Shown here in pieces: positions 8,729 to 17,871 of a DNA stretch of 32,000 bases (the stretch's first letter is position 1; each line of letters starts with the position of its first letter). Location: the NCBI GenBank assembly GCA_964354495.1, contig CAYHAA010000006.1:120001-152000 (forward strand). Direction: 5' to 3'. The position numbers were made by a program, and so were the translations under genes. The notes under the pieces are model-generated. The model searched no databases. It saw nothing but the letters and a program-made list of their open reading frames with translations, and was not told where the DNA came from. The stretch is from an uncultured archaeon (lineage in GTDB: Archaea; Asgardarchaeota; Thorarchaeia; Thorarchaeales; Thorarchaeaceae).

Positions 8729-9973
8729 ATGTCCAACCCAGTTCTCATAATTGGTGCTGGTGTTGCAGGGATGACAGCAGCAATCGAGCTAGCAGACTCA
8801 GGAATCAAGACAGTACTTGTCGAAGAACTCTCTACAACTGGTGGAAATGCCCTCGACTTGTACAAGGCCTTCCCCACTGATGATTGTTTCTATTGCTTTG
8901 AAGGAAATCGTTGGCGTCCTGGAATCCGAAAGTGTTTCTACAGAAGTGCATTGGTAGATCAGCCAAACATCGATTTGAAGATGAACAGTCGGGTGGAAGA
9001 GATATCCGGCAATCCAAGCAGTTTTAGCATAGCACTTGCCATTGGGCCACAGTACATTGATCCGATGAGATGCATCTTGTGTGGCCTCTGCCTTGAGAAA
9101 TCCAAATCCTTCAGTTTCATATCACCGCAGTGCCAACCACAGGCTGTCATCTACAAGCCTGATTTAAGAGACGAAGGCACTCAGATCGCTGCCAAAGAAT
9201 GCCCCACACAGGCGATCAATCTCGATGCAGAGCCCTCCAAGGAAACAATCACAGTCTCTGATATCATTATAGCCACAGGGTTTCACGAGATGAAACCATC
9301 AGAAATTGATGAGTATGGCTATGGCACACACCCCAACATAATCACACAGCTTGAGTTGGCCAAGATCTTGGACCCGAACGGTCCTTCTGGAGGCGTGCTT
9401 CTACGCCCATCGGACGGGGCCCCGGCTAGACGAGTGATGATGATTCAATGTGTAGGTAGTAGAGATGAAAACTACTATCCATACTGCTCGAAGATATGCT
9501 GCATATTTGCTCTGAAACATGCTAATATTCTGACCCGAGAGCGCGAGAATGTACAAGTCAGCGTGGTCTACATGGATATACGAACCTATGACAGATATGA
9601 GAGGTACTATCGTGAGACCAGGCAGTCGGGCGTAGAATACATAAGAGGACGAGTAACGCGCGTTAATCCCAAAGAAGATGGTAGTCTCGCTGTAGTGGTG
9701 TACGATTCTCTCTTGAATGCATATCTCCGGTTCTCAGTAGACTTGTTTGTACTGTCCTCTGCATTAGAGCCCTCTGCAGGAAGTGGACACATCATAGAGA
9801 CTCTCAGACTGAAGTCTGCTAGCGGATTCATCGGCCCGCTATCTGCTGATGATCCGGTTGTTGTCGGAAATCATATATTTGCCTGTGGCACTGCACTTGG
9901 TCCCGCTGAGGTCCCTGAGAGCGTCACGCAAGCACGAGCTGTTGTTTCCAAGATATTGCAGAGCAGGAAGTGA
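8729..9973 (+). CDS. hdrA: Short HdrA-like FAD/[4Fe-4S] protein (QmoA-like size, 414 aa)
   Basis: GAGVAG FAD motif, FPTDDC..C, inserted CILCGLC..CP, QCVGSR..CSKICC, YMDIRT. Lacks the N- and C-terminal ferredoxin parts. Confidence 0.88.
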   Translation: MSNPVLIIGAGVAGMTAAIELADSGIKTVLVEELSTTGGNALDLYKAFPTDDCFYCFEGNRWRPGIRKCFYRSALVDQPNIDLKMNSRVEEISGNPSSFSIALAIGPQYIDPMRCILCGLCLEKSKSFSFISPQCQPQAVIYKPDLRDEGTQIAAKECPTQAINLDAEPSKETITVSDIIIATGFHEMKPSEIDEYGYGTHPNIITQLELAKILDPNGPSGGVLLRPSDGAPARRVMMIQCVGSRDENYYPYCSKICCIFALKHANILTRERENVQVSVVYMDIRTYDRYERYYRETRQSGVEYIRGRVTRVNPKEDGSLAVVVYDSLLNAYLRFSVDLFVLSSALEPSAGSGHIIETLRLKSASGFIGPLSADDPVVVGNHIFACGTALGPAEVPESVTQARAVVSKILQSRK

Positions 9974-9980
9974 TGCCAAG

Positions 9981-12149
9981 ATGAACAATGACAACAAATC
10001 AGCAGTCCTCCTATGCACCTGCGGAAAGCAACTACAGCTCTCGTTTGGCTTCCTGCAATCTGAGATTGAGAAGATTGACTCAGCTGTTTCGACCACGGTA
10101 CACGACCAAGCATGTCAAGAGGAAGGCCTGACCAAGATTGCCGGGCTCTTAAAGGCAAATGGAGGCCGTCTTGTAATTGCAGCATGCACCAGCCAGAAGA
10201 TTCAGCCCCGCATCAACAGATATCTCAGGCAACAGGGGATTGATGGATCCCAGATTCAATATGTCAATATTCGAGAGCATTCCGCTTGGGTACACCGCGA
10301 TGTTACGAAAGCAAGCAAGAAGTCTCTCGACATGATTCGTGGAACGCTTGCGAGGTCAAAGAGCTCAGTACCTCTCCTAATAGAGAGCAAAGAAGTCAGT
10401 AGACATGTGACAGTGATAGGTGGTGGAATTGCTGGTATCGAGTCTGCATTAAGCCTCTCAAATCTTGGCTATGAAGTGGCCTTGCTTGAATGCAGCGATT
10501 GTCTTGGTGGTCATCTTCTACATCTTCCAATGGTTGCTCCCTCTGGTAAATCTGGCATGGAAGTCCTGAGCGGAAGGCTCGAAGCTATTGAGAGTAATAC
10601 TAGCATCACTGTGATGACAAAAACCTCGGTCAAATATGTGACTGGGGAAATGGGTGACTTTACTGTAAAGTATGTCACAGAAGGCGATGATGAGAAGTCT
10701 ATTAGGACCTCGGCTGTGGTCCTTGCAATGGGCTTCAAGGAATTTGAGCCAATTGGGATGAATGAGTACAGGTACGGGAGGAATCCCGATGTGATAACCC
10801 AGTTTCAGCTTTCCCGTATGCTCTCCGAGGGTGTTCTTGGCAGGCCATCTGATAACAGTCCCATCAAGGAGGTTGTTATGGTCCAGTGCGTAGGAAGCAG
10901 GTCCGAAGACTACAAACGTGACTGCAGCAAACTCTGCTGCACTTTTGCCATTGACAACTCCTTGGAACTCATGAAACGGATACCTGATGTCACTGTTCAC
11001 ATTGTATACATTGACATTCGAGTACCCTTTGAGAATGAGATGGTCTACAAGGAATCTCGTGATAAGGGAGTAGACTATATCCGCGGGCGGATTAGTATGG
11101 TCTGGGAGCATGATGGCAAGACCCATGTCAGAATCTATGACTCTCTGATGGACCAGTATCTAGAAGTTCCTGCTGACTTGCTTGTTCTCGCGACTGCAAT
11201 ACTTCCTCCTGATGGAGTTGTAGAGCTGTCTGAAACCCTTGGCTATGCAGTTGAAGATGATGGACATGTAAAGGAACTCTACGGTAAACTTAGACGCAAC
11301 GAGACTCGTCGGCGTGGAGTTATTGCTGTCGGAGGAGTCACGCGCCCACAGTTTGTGTCTGAAGCCATCATAGATGCTCAAGCTGGAGCTCTCATGGTCC
11401 ACAATGAGCTACACGGTGGAGCGATTGAATCAGTCGCACGTGGATCCGTTCTTGACGTTGATGACTGTGTTGGATGTAGTCTCTGTGCCCAACAGTGTCC
11501 TCGTGGAGTCCCACTCATGATTGAACAGACCGAAGCAGAAGAATCTGATGAAGAGCAAAAGATTCTCTTCAAGGCTGCACTTGATACTCTGAATTGCCAT
11601 GCATGTGGGGTGTGTCAGAGCCTATGTCCATCTGGGGCCATTCAGCTTAATTTTCTCTCCAACGAACAATTGTGGTCCGAGATAGCTGCAGTACTTCAGG
11701 ATGCAGGCCCAGAGGATCCGATTACGCTATGTTTCTATTGCGAAGAATGTTCGGTATCGACAATAGATATTGTTGGAACTAGGAGAATGGAATACCCTAC
11801 TAATACACGCCTGATTCCAGTTCCCTGTGCCGGTCGTGTGAGTATCATAGACATTCTCAAGGCTTTCGAACATGGTACTAGCACGGTCATGATTGCAGCA
11901 TGCGAGAAGGACCGTTGTCATATTGGGGGGACTGGCAATGAGATTGCTCAGGTACAAGTAGATGTTGCTCGAGACATTCTGAATGCCATTGGTTGGAGGG
12001 GAGAACGTGTAGACATGTTCAGAATGTTCAGCGCAGAACCTGAACGCTTTACCAAAGCTGTCAATGAGATGGTAAGGCGTGCCAAGGATTTGGGCCCTAC
12101 GCCTGTCCATGAGGGAACTGCTGGCAAGTGGAAGGAGGTGAGCAAGTGA
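9981..12149 (+). CDS. hdrA: HdrA-MvhD fusion protein (QmoB-like architecture, 722 aa)
   Basis: N-terminal CTCG..ACT, GGGIAG, QCVGSR..CSKLCC, two CxxCxxCxxxCP motifs and a C-terminal MvhD domain (CFYCEEC, VPCAGRV, ACEKDRCH). Start placed at ATG 9981. Confidence 0.9.
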   Translation: MNNDNKSAVLLCTCGKQLQLSFGFLQSEIEKIDSAVSTTVHDQACQEEGLTKIAGLLKANGGRLVIAACTSQKIQPRINRYLRQQGIDGSQIQYVNIREHSAWVHRDVTKASKKSLDMIRGTLARSKSSVPLLIESKEVSRHVTVIGGGIAGIESALSLSNLGYEVALLECSDCLGGHLLHLPMVAPSGKSGMEVLSGRLEAIESNTSITVMTKTSVKYVTGEMGDFTVKYVTEGDDEKSIRTSAVVLAMGFKEFEPIGMNEYRYGRNPDVITQFQLSRMLSEGVLGRPSDNSPIKEVVMVQCVGSRSEDYKRDCSKLCCTFAIDNSLELMKRIPDVTVHIVYIDIRVPFENEMVYKESRDKGVDYIRGRISMVWEHDGKTHVRIYDSLMDQYLEVPADLLVLATAILPPDGVVELSETLGYAVEDDGHVKELYGKLRRNETRRRGVIAVGGVTRPQFVSEAIIDAQAGALMVHNELHGGAIESVARGSVLDVDDCVGCSLCAQQCPRGVPLMIEQTEAEESDEEQKILFKAALDTLNCHACGVCQSLCPSGAIQLNFLSNEQLWSEIAAVLQDAGPEDPITLCFYCEECSVSTIDIVGTRRMEYPTNTRLIPVPCAGRVSIIDILKAFEHGTSTVMIAACEKDRCHIGGTGNEIAQVQVDVARDILNAIGWRGERVDMFRMFSAEPERFTKAVNEMVRRAKDLGPTPVHEGTAGKWKEVSK

Positions 12150-14410
12150 GTCAATCAACACCTGAGAAGGCTATTGCACCCAAGAGACAACGAATGTTGG
12201 ACATGGTATTAGCACTAGGTGGCCTCAAAGAAGAGTCCACAATTCCCCTCAGCAAAGTCAAGGATGAACTTGAGAATCTAAAGGCAGAGCTTGCACCCCT
12301 GACTGACACAATCATATCCTTTCCCGATTCCTATTTTGAGAAATTCTTGGATACTGCAAAGAAGAGCAACATTGTTGCTGAGATAAGCGATCGAGGCATT
12401 CTGAAGGAGTCAATCTCGAATCTTGATCAGGCCCTGTCAAAAGGTGAATCTGTGCCACTAAAGGCGCTGAATAGAATACTTACAGACACACTCAGCAGAA
12501 TGACTGAGGTAGAGGCGCGTCAAGACGTCAGTGTAGATGTCGATATGACTGCAACCACCTCGACCATATCGGGTCTGGTTTCTGAAATCGAGTCAATCAC
12601 AGATGGTTTCGAGAAAGCCGCTGAAACAGAGGCTGAGTCTGCTAGGTCTGAATTGGTCGCGCTCGTCGAATATCTTGAAAGAGTCAAAGAAAAGGTCGAA
12701 ACAGATCCTGACACAGCTCTAGATGAGCTTCAAAAGTTAGGGTCCCAGACTCGTTACGGTCCTGGACTAAGAGCAATAGCACAAGTAAAACGAGGGAAGC
12801 GAGAAGGTCGAATCGATGATGCACGGTTCAACAAGATAGTCAGAGAAAATATACTCACCGAGGTCAACCGTGGAATAATCCTGTTCATACTCAATAAGAT
12901 GGGATCCAAGACAGTCGTACAGGCCGGGGAGCTCATGCAGACCTCTCCTCAGGCTATACAGAGCGCTCTTGTGACTATGATTCAGAGGGGAGAGGTTGAG
13001 ATGGTCGGTCTTGATGGTGATGCTCCTGTCTTCTCAAGGGTGCTCACAGAAACACCCAGCTCAACACTCCTCATGAAAAGGATTGTTCAACAGGTTCGGG
13101 GGATGGTAAAATCATTAGAAGGCGAAACCGCTGAAACTATGAATGAGTTACTTGGCAAGTTACAAGTACTACTCAAACGCCTCCAGATACTTGGAGCCTA
13201 CAACGAGACTCTCCTATCTGAGCGTATCAACAAGCTTCGAGAGACTGTTGATAGTGTCACCGAGGCAGTACTCGGCGCTCAGACTTCCGAGGATGCTGAG
13301 AATCTCAGGCTTCTCATATCTGCAGGACTTGAAGCGTTCGCCCGCTTTCGTCTTAAAATAGCCCTAGAAAAGGGTCCTGCCCTTGTTTCAGGTGGTAATG
13401 TCTATGGTGAAAAACTAGACTCTGAAGTCTACAAAACCATAATGGACACCTATCTTGATAATGAGCTTGAGAGAGGCACAATCTTGATTCTCATTCGGGA
13501 ATTGGGAGCTCTCACAGCACATGATCTGGCAGAGAGGACGAATATTCCACCAGATAGAATACTCAGACATCTACTCAGAATGAAGCGCGATGAACTTCTC
13601 ACAATTGCTGGTGAGAATCATGGGTATATTCTCTATGATGTTCCGAGGGCTCTTTCAGAGGCTGAGATCACAATACAGACTATAAGTAGTCTAGCTCTAC
13701 AACTGTCTGAGGCCAAACAAGAGCTTCAGAGGATACTGAGCGATCTGAAAGCGTCCGATATCGGCAGACTTGCCAACTCATTAGAAGTCTTTTCAAAGTC
13801 ACGTGACAAGCTCGCATCAGTCCGTGTTCATGGTGCTGCAATTGATGAATCCACCTTGAAAGATGTAGAGGATAAGATACGGTCTGCGGTTCTACTCACC
13901 TATCGGACACGTGCTAAGATTCCAAGCACCAGACCAAAGGTGACCCTTGAGGATCTATTGGATGTTGATGTGCCATCTGTTCTTGACGAGTACAGAAGCC
14001 TAATGGGTTATGCACCTCTTCTGGGGTTTGGAACAATAGAGTGGGAACAATCAAGGTGCCTCGGTTGCAGGTCATGTGAAATTGCCTGCCCAGAAGATGC
14101 GATTGAACTGAAGCCACGAATAGGGATACACCGATTCTTCGAGATATCCGATGATGCGCTCTCCCAATTGCCATCAAACCGGTCACTGTTCTATAGGACC
14201 ATTCAGAATCTCGCTACGATAAAGCCAGTAGAAGAGATTCCCCTTGAAAAGGAAGTTCCAGGATTCGGCACAGTAGAGGTGGACCTCTGGCTATGCGTTG
14301 CTTGCCGTATGTGTGTAAGACGATGTCCAGGTCCTGAAGGTGGAGCATTGGAGCTGGAGCTGAAATGGAGCTTGCCAGAAATAGTGAAGCACATCACGTC
14401 AACTTCATAG
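12146..14410 (+). CDS. Uncharacterised 754-aa protein: helical bundles, two winged-helix-like repeats and a C-terminal split 2x[4Fe-4S] ferredoxin
   Basis: GTG start overlaps the hdrA TGA behind AAGGAGGTGA. Contains CLGCRSCEIACP and CVACRMCVRRCP and an internal repeat of about 80 aa. Confidence 0.85.
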   Translation: MSQSTPEKAIAPKRQRMLDMVLALGGLKEESTIPLSKVKDELENLKAELAPLTDTIISFPDSYFEKFLDTAKKSNIVAEISDRGILKESISNLDQALSKGESVPLKALNRILTDTLSRMTEVEARQDVSVDVDMTATTSTISGLVSEIESITDGFEKAAETEAESARSELVALVEYLERVKEKVETDPDTALDELQKLGSQTRYGPGLRAIAQVKRGKREGRIDDARFNKIVRENILTEVNRGIILFILNKMGSKTVVQAGELMQTSPQAIQSALVTMIQRGEVEMVGLDGDAPVFSRVLTETPSSTLLMKRIVQQVRGMVKSLEGETAETMNELLGKLQVLLKRLQILGAYNETLLSERINKLRETVDSVTEAVLGAQTSEDAENLRLLISAGLEAFARFRLKIALEKGPALVSGGNVYGEKLDSEVYKTIMDTYLDNELERGTILILIRELGALTAHDLAERTNIPPDRILRHLLRMKRDELLTIAGENHGYILYDVPRALSEAEITIQTISSLALQLSEAKQELQRILSDLKASDIGRLANSLEVFSKSRDKLASVRVHGAAIDESTLKDVEDKIRSAVLLTYRTRAKIPSTRPKVTLEDLLDVDVPSVLDEYRSLMGYAPLLGFGTIEWEQSRCLGCRSCEIACPEDAIELKPRIGIHRFFEISDDALSQLPSNRSLFYRTIQNLATIKPVEEIPLEKEVPGFGTVEVDLWLCVACRMCVRRCPGPEGGALELELKWSLPEIVKHITSTS

Positions 14411-14501
14411 CCCTGCAATTGATGCCTTAGATGCCATTTAGCAACTGACTTATACCACTCGGTGAGGAGTCAGGCGATGCATAATCCTCCGAGGGAACAT
14501 A

Positions 14502-15701
14502 ATGGTCGATTTCAACCTATCCAATGAACAGCTGGAGCTAAGGAACAAGGCGAGAGCGTTTGCACAGGAGTATATGATTCCGTATGCACACTACTATGAC
14601 AAGACTGGGAAGTTTCCACGTCCCATAATCAAGAAGTGTTGGGACGAAGGGCTCATGAACCTTTCAATCCCAAGAGAGTATGGGGGACAGGGTCTAGGTT
14701 CAATCGAAGAATGCGTCACGGTAGAGGAAATGGCTGCCGGCTGCGCAGGGATGACAACAAGCATCTACGTTAACTCTCTAGGAGCTGAGCCGATTCTGGT
14801 GGCGGGCACTTCCGAACAGAAGGAGAAATACCTTCGACCACTCACTGAAGACCTCAAGTTCATCAGTTTCGCTTGTTCTGAACCAGGAATGGGTTCTGAT
14901 GTCGCCGGGATTCAGACCCAGGTCAAACGAGAAGGCGACGTCTATGTCTTGAATGGATCCAAGTTCTGGATCACCAACGCTCCACAGGCAGACACCTTCA
15001 CAGTCTTTGCTAGTCTTGATCCGAGTAAGAGACACAAAGCATTATGCGCGTTCATCGTTGATGCTACCACTCCGGGAGTGAAGACTGGCAGGCCAGTTGA
15101 GAAAATGGGTCATAGGGCCTCCACAACGTCAGCAGTGATGTTCAAAGATGCTAAGGTCCCTGTCGAAAACCTGTTGGGCGCCGAAGGAGAAGGATTCAAG
15201 ATAGCGATGAAGACATTCGCAAAGACACGCCCCTCAATCGCTGCATTTGCTACTGGCCTTGCTCGATCAGCGATGGAATATGCTCGTGACTATGTGAGTA
15301 AGAGGGATGCCTTTGGCGAGAAACTCCACAACTTTGAGGCCATTCAGTTCAAGCTTGCTGAGATGTATATGAAGATTGAAGCAGCACGACTGCTCTACCT
15401 CAAGGCTGCTTGGACGGCGGATTTCGTTGGTGATTCTACTATTCCTGCAAGTGTTGCAAAGGCATTTGCTACAGATGCTGCAATGGAAATAGCCAGTGAA
15501 GTTGTCCAGATTCACGGGGGTTATGGATACATAGATCAGTACCCTGTGGAGAAGCTGTTTCGGGATGCAAAACTGTACCAAATCTATGAGGGAACGAGTG
15601 AGGTTCAACGATTGATACTCTCCCGTTATCTTCTCAGCGGATATGAACCTGCGATGGGCAAAATCCCACGTTGGTATAGCAATGAGCCGCCAGATTTGTA
15701 A
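14502..15701 (+). CDS. Acyl-CoA dehydrogenase (short-chain/butyryl-CoA type)
   Basis: SEPGMGSD, LNGSKFWITN, KMGHRAS, QIHGGYGY and IYEGTSEVQR (catalytic Glu in the C-terminal position). Confidence 0.95.
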   Translation: MVDFNLSNEQLELRNKARAFAQEYMIPYAHYYDKTGKFPRPIIKKCWDEGLMNLSIPREYGGQGLGSIEECVTVEEMAAGCAGMTTSIYVNSLGAEPILVAGTSEQKEKYLRPLTEDLKFISFACSEPGMGSDVAGIQTQVKREGDVYVLNGSKFWITNAPQADTFTVFASLDPSKRHKALCAFIVDATTPGVKTGRPVEKMGHRASTTSAVMFKDAKVPVENLLGAEGEGFKIAMKTFAKTRPSIAAFATGLARSAMEYARDYVSKRDAFGEKLHNFEAIQFKLAEMYMKIEAARLLYLKAAWTADFVGDSTIPASVAKAFATDAAMEIASEVVQIHGGYGYIDQYPVEKLFRDAKLYQIYEGTSEVQRLILSRYLLSGYEPAMGKIPRWYSNEPPDL

Positions 15702-15796
15702 TGCTAGAGTCCAAACAGAATATGGTTTGGCGTCGTTCTCAACCTTCAAATCCGAGCGAATGACAACCTGCAAGAAGAGAGATGGAGATCCAGAAG

Positions 15797-16612
15797 ATGC
15801 CAGAGCTACCAGATATCTATGTTCTCGCCGAGAGTATGAATTCCGCCTTGAAGGGCAAGACAGTCATAGGAGCACAAGTCAATCAGCCAAAATGCCTGAA
15901 CATCTCAGCTAGCAGGTTCAAGAAATCAGTCCAGGGTAGGAGAATTGACAAAGTACGGCAACGTGGCAAATGGATCATTGCATCCTTGGATGGTGGGTGG
16001 ACTCTTGCACTCAATCTTGGGATGGGTGGTGAGGTCCGTCTACATGGTTCCAATGAAACTCCGGACTCCAAGCGCGAACGTGTCGTTCTGAACCTGGATA
16101 CTGGGGAACAAGTCTGGATTCACCATTGGTGGTTTGGTCATGTGCATCTTCTACAATCGACAGATATCACCAAGCACAGGCAGCTATCTGTCCTTGGGCC
16201 AGAGCCTCTTGATGATACATTCACAGTCGAGAGACTCTCCGAGATGTTGAAGAGCAAACGTGGGCGCATCAAGAGCTACCTTATCGACCAGAGTTTCATT
16301 GCTGGCCTAGGGAATGTCTACGTCCAAGATACTCTCTGGTATGCCAGACTCCATCCAAACCGTAGGGCAGACACATTAGTATCTGAAGATATCAAACGTC
16401 TACATACAGCAATTCAGCAGGTACTGAAACAGGGAATACATTATGGGGGTGGCCCTGGTGAACAAGATATCTGGGGCAATCCTGGAAAGTACTCAAAGCA
16501 TCTTCAGGTTGGGTATCGAACTGGGAAACCTTGCCCTATATGCAATACAGCTGTAGAGGAATTAAGAGTCGGACCAACAACCAGCTATATCTGTCCGAAG
16601 TGCCAAGTGTAG
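15797..16612 (+). CDS. Fpg/Nei-family DNA glycosylase (divergent)
   Basis: N-terminal MPELP, RGK, LGMGG, H2TH motif AGLGNVY and Zn finger CPIC..CPKCQ. Start moved to ATG 15797 so that Pro2 is N-terminal. Confidence 0.92.
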   Translation: MPELPDIYVLAESMNSALKGKTVIGAQVNQPKCLNISASRFKKSVQGRRIDKVRQRGKWIIASLDGGWTLALNLGMGGEVRLHGSNETPDSKRERVVLNLDTGEQVWIHHWWFGHVHLLQSTDITKHRQLSVLGPEPLDDTFTVERLSEMLKSKRGRIKSYLIDQSFIAGLGNVYVQDTLWYARLHPNRRADTLVSEDIKRLHTAIQQVLKQGIHYGGGPGEQDIWGNPGKYSKHLQVGYRTGKPCPICNTAVEELRVGPTTSYICPKCQV

Positions 16613-16623
16613 AACGAAACACG

Positions 16624-16992
16624 ATGTTGATTCGAAAGCTGAATGAAATCAAAAGAATAAATGCGCTTGATAACACACATATACGTGAGATTCTCAATCC
16701 CTTACATGATTCGCGTTCTCTCTTCCTTGGTTACAGCCTAGCTCATGCTGCACTGAAACCAAATCAGAGATCGCTTCAACACAGGTTTCACGAGGCCTCG
16801 GAGGTCTATCACATTCTGGGCGGTCGAGGAATGATGCATGTCGATGACGAGGCGGTTGACGTCTCGATTGGAGATACGATCTACATACCGCCAATGTCAG
16901 TGCAGTGGATCGAGAGCATGGGTCCTGATGACCTGGAGTTTCTCTGCATCGTGGATCCTGCATGGAAACCAGATGCTGAAGAACTGGCATAG
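16624..16992 (+). CDS. Cupin-domain protein
   Basis: H.H..ASEVYHIL.G.G and GD.IYIPP...Q.I cupin motifs. Start placed at ATG 16624. Confidence 0.88.
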   Translation: MLIRKLNEIKRINALDNTHIREILNPLHDSRSLFLGYSLAHAALKPNQRSLQHRFHEASEVYHILGGRGMMHVDDEAVDVSIGDTIYIPPMSVQWIESMGPDDLEFLCIVDPAWKPDAEELA

Positions 16993-17092
16993 GCCACTTT
17001 AAACTGGCTCGAGGCAGTGGAGCTCCAAGAGTGAAAGCCCAAGCGATATAGAATCCAGCTATAGCAACCTTGGTCGAAGCATACTGACCGCA

Positions 17093-17114
17093 GAGAGAGG
17101 GCTACACCTCTCTC
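17093..17114. terminator. 8-bp hairpin between convergent genes
   Basis: GAGAGAGG-GCTACA-CCTCTCTC overlaps the stop codon of the minus-strand gene. Confidence 0.35.
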
Positions 17115-17604
17115 ATAGATCGGCTTGACAATTCTGACACTTCGAGAGACCCTGTTCGGTCTTTGCACCACAATATGGACAAACGACGAGGACCTTGACC
17201 ACTTCACGCTCTCTCGTCGAAGTGCTACTCATGGTGGCTTCCGGCGTGGAACGGACGAATGTGTTGCCCTCGACTGTTCCATGAATCATACCTGATGCAA
17301 TTGCAGAGTAGAGCGCGTTTTTCACCTTGTCCACGGGGAGTCTCGACATCTCGGAAAGTTCTTCCATGGTGATTCTTGTGTGACCGCGAGCAATCCCGAC
17401 GACCCTTGTTGCAGTAGAGATCTCTGCTCTTCGTCGGAATGCAAGTATGAAGAACACCAGCGAAATGACAAAGATGGCTATTCCCACACCCCACATCGCT
17501 CCTTCACTCATGATCATAGTTGTGATGCCGCCAGCAAGCATCACCAAGCCCAGAAGTATGAATGTGCAGAACATGCAGTCGCCGCACTCTTTGTTTGATG
17601 ACAT
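17113..17604 (-). CDS. Membrane protein: 2 TM helices, winged-helix/PCI-like segment and Zn ribbon
   Basis: Two N-terminal hydrophobic helices, then RITMEELSEMSRLPVDKV...G.I.G (wHTH-like), then CPYCG..CQNC. Confidence 0.75.
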   Translation of the reverse strand: MSSNKECGDCMFCTFILLGLVMLAGGITTMIMSEGAMWGVGIAIFVISLVFFILAFRRRAEISTATRVVGIARGHTRITMEELSEMSRLPVDKVKNALYSAIASGMIHGTVEGNTFVRSTPEATMSSTSTREREVVKVLVVCPYCGAKTEQGLSKCQNCQADL

Positions 17605-17753
17605 AACGGATTTTGCCTCAGACTATGTTTTATGGCTGTAGAGTGATGTTAATCCACCTGATAGGGACAATGGATTTCATCGGGCCTCAGTAGCAAGACC
17701 ATGCTTTAGTTCTCGGGAAAAGGCAACAACTGAGAAAAGGACCACTTTGGAAC

Positions 17754-17783
17754 ATGCCTCCAGAAGACATGAACATCGCAATC
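17754..17783 (+). pseudogene. mvhD: mvhD remnant, 5' fragment (codons 1-10: MPPEDMNIAI)
   Basis: 24/30 nt (22 of the first 24) identical to the start of the intact mvhD at 18587. Followed immediately by TGA. Confidence 0.85.
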
Positions 17784-17871
17784 TGACCATTTGAAACTTC
17801 CATGGTTGGGAACAGAAAGTTGATGAGAAAAAGGGTCATACTATAAAGCGCTGAGTTGAGGGAAGACACGA

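Noticed and set aside
14445-15730. Short inverted repeats flanking the ACAD (CTGACT/AGTCAG at 14445-73; CCAAAC/GTTTGG at 15711-30)
   Set aside because: 6-bp stems without U-tracts or recurrence, too weak to call.
17784-17786. TGA after the mvhD 5' fragment as a selenocysteine codon (HdrA/MvhD are selenoproteins in some archaea)
   Set aside because: It aligns with Phe11, not a Cys, and the downstream sequence is not mvhD. All Fe-S ligand positions in the intact hdr/mvhD genes here are Cys codons.
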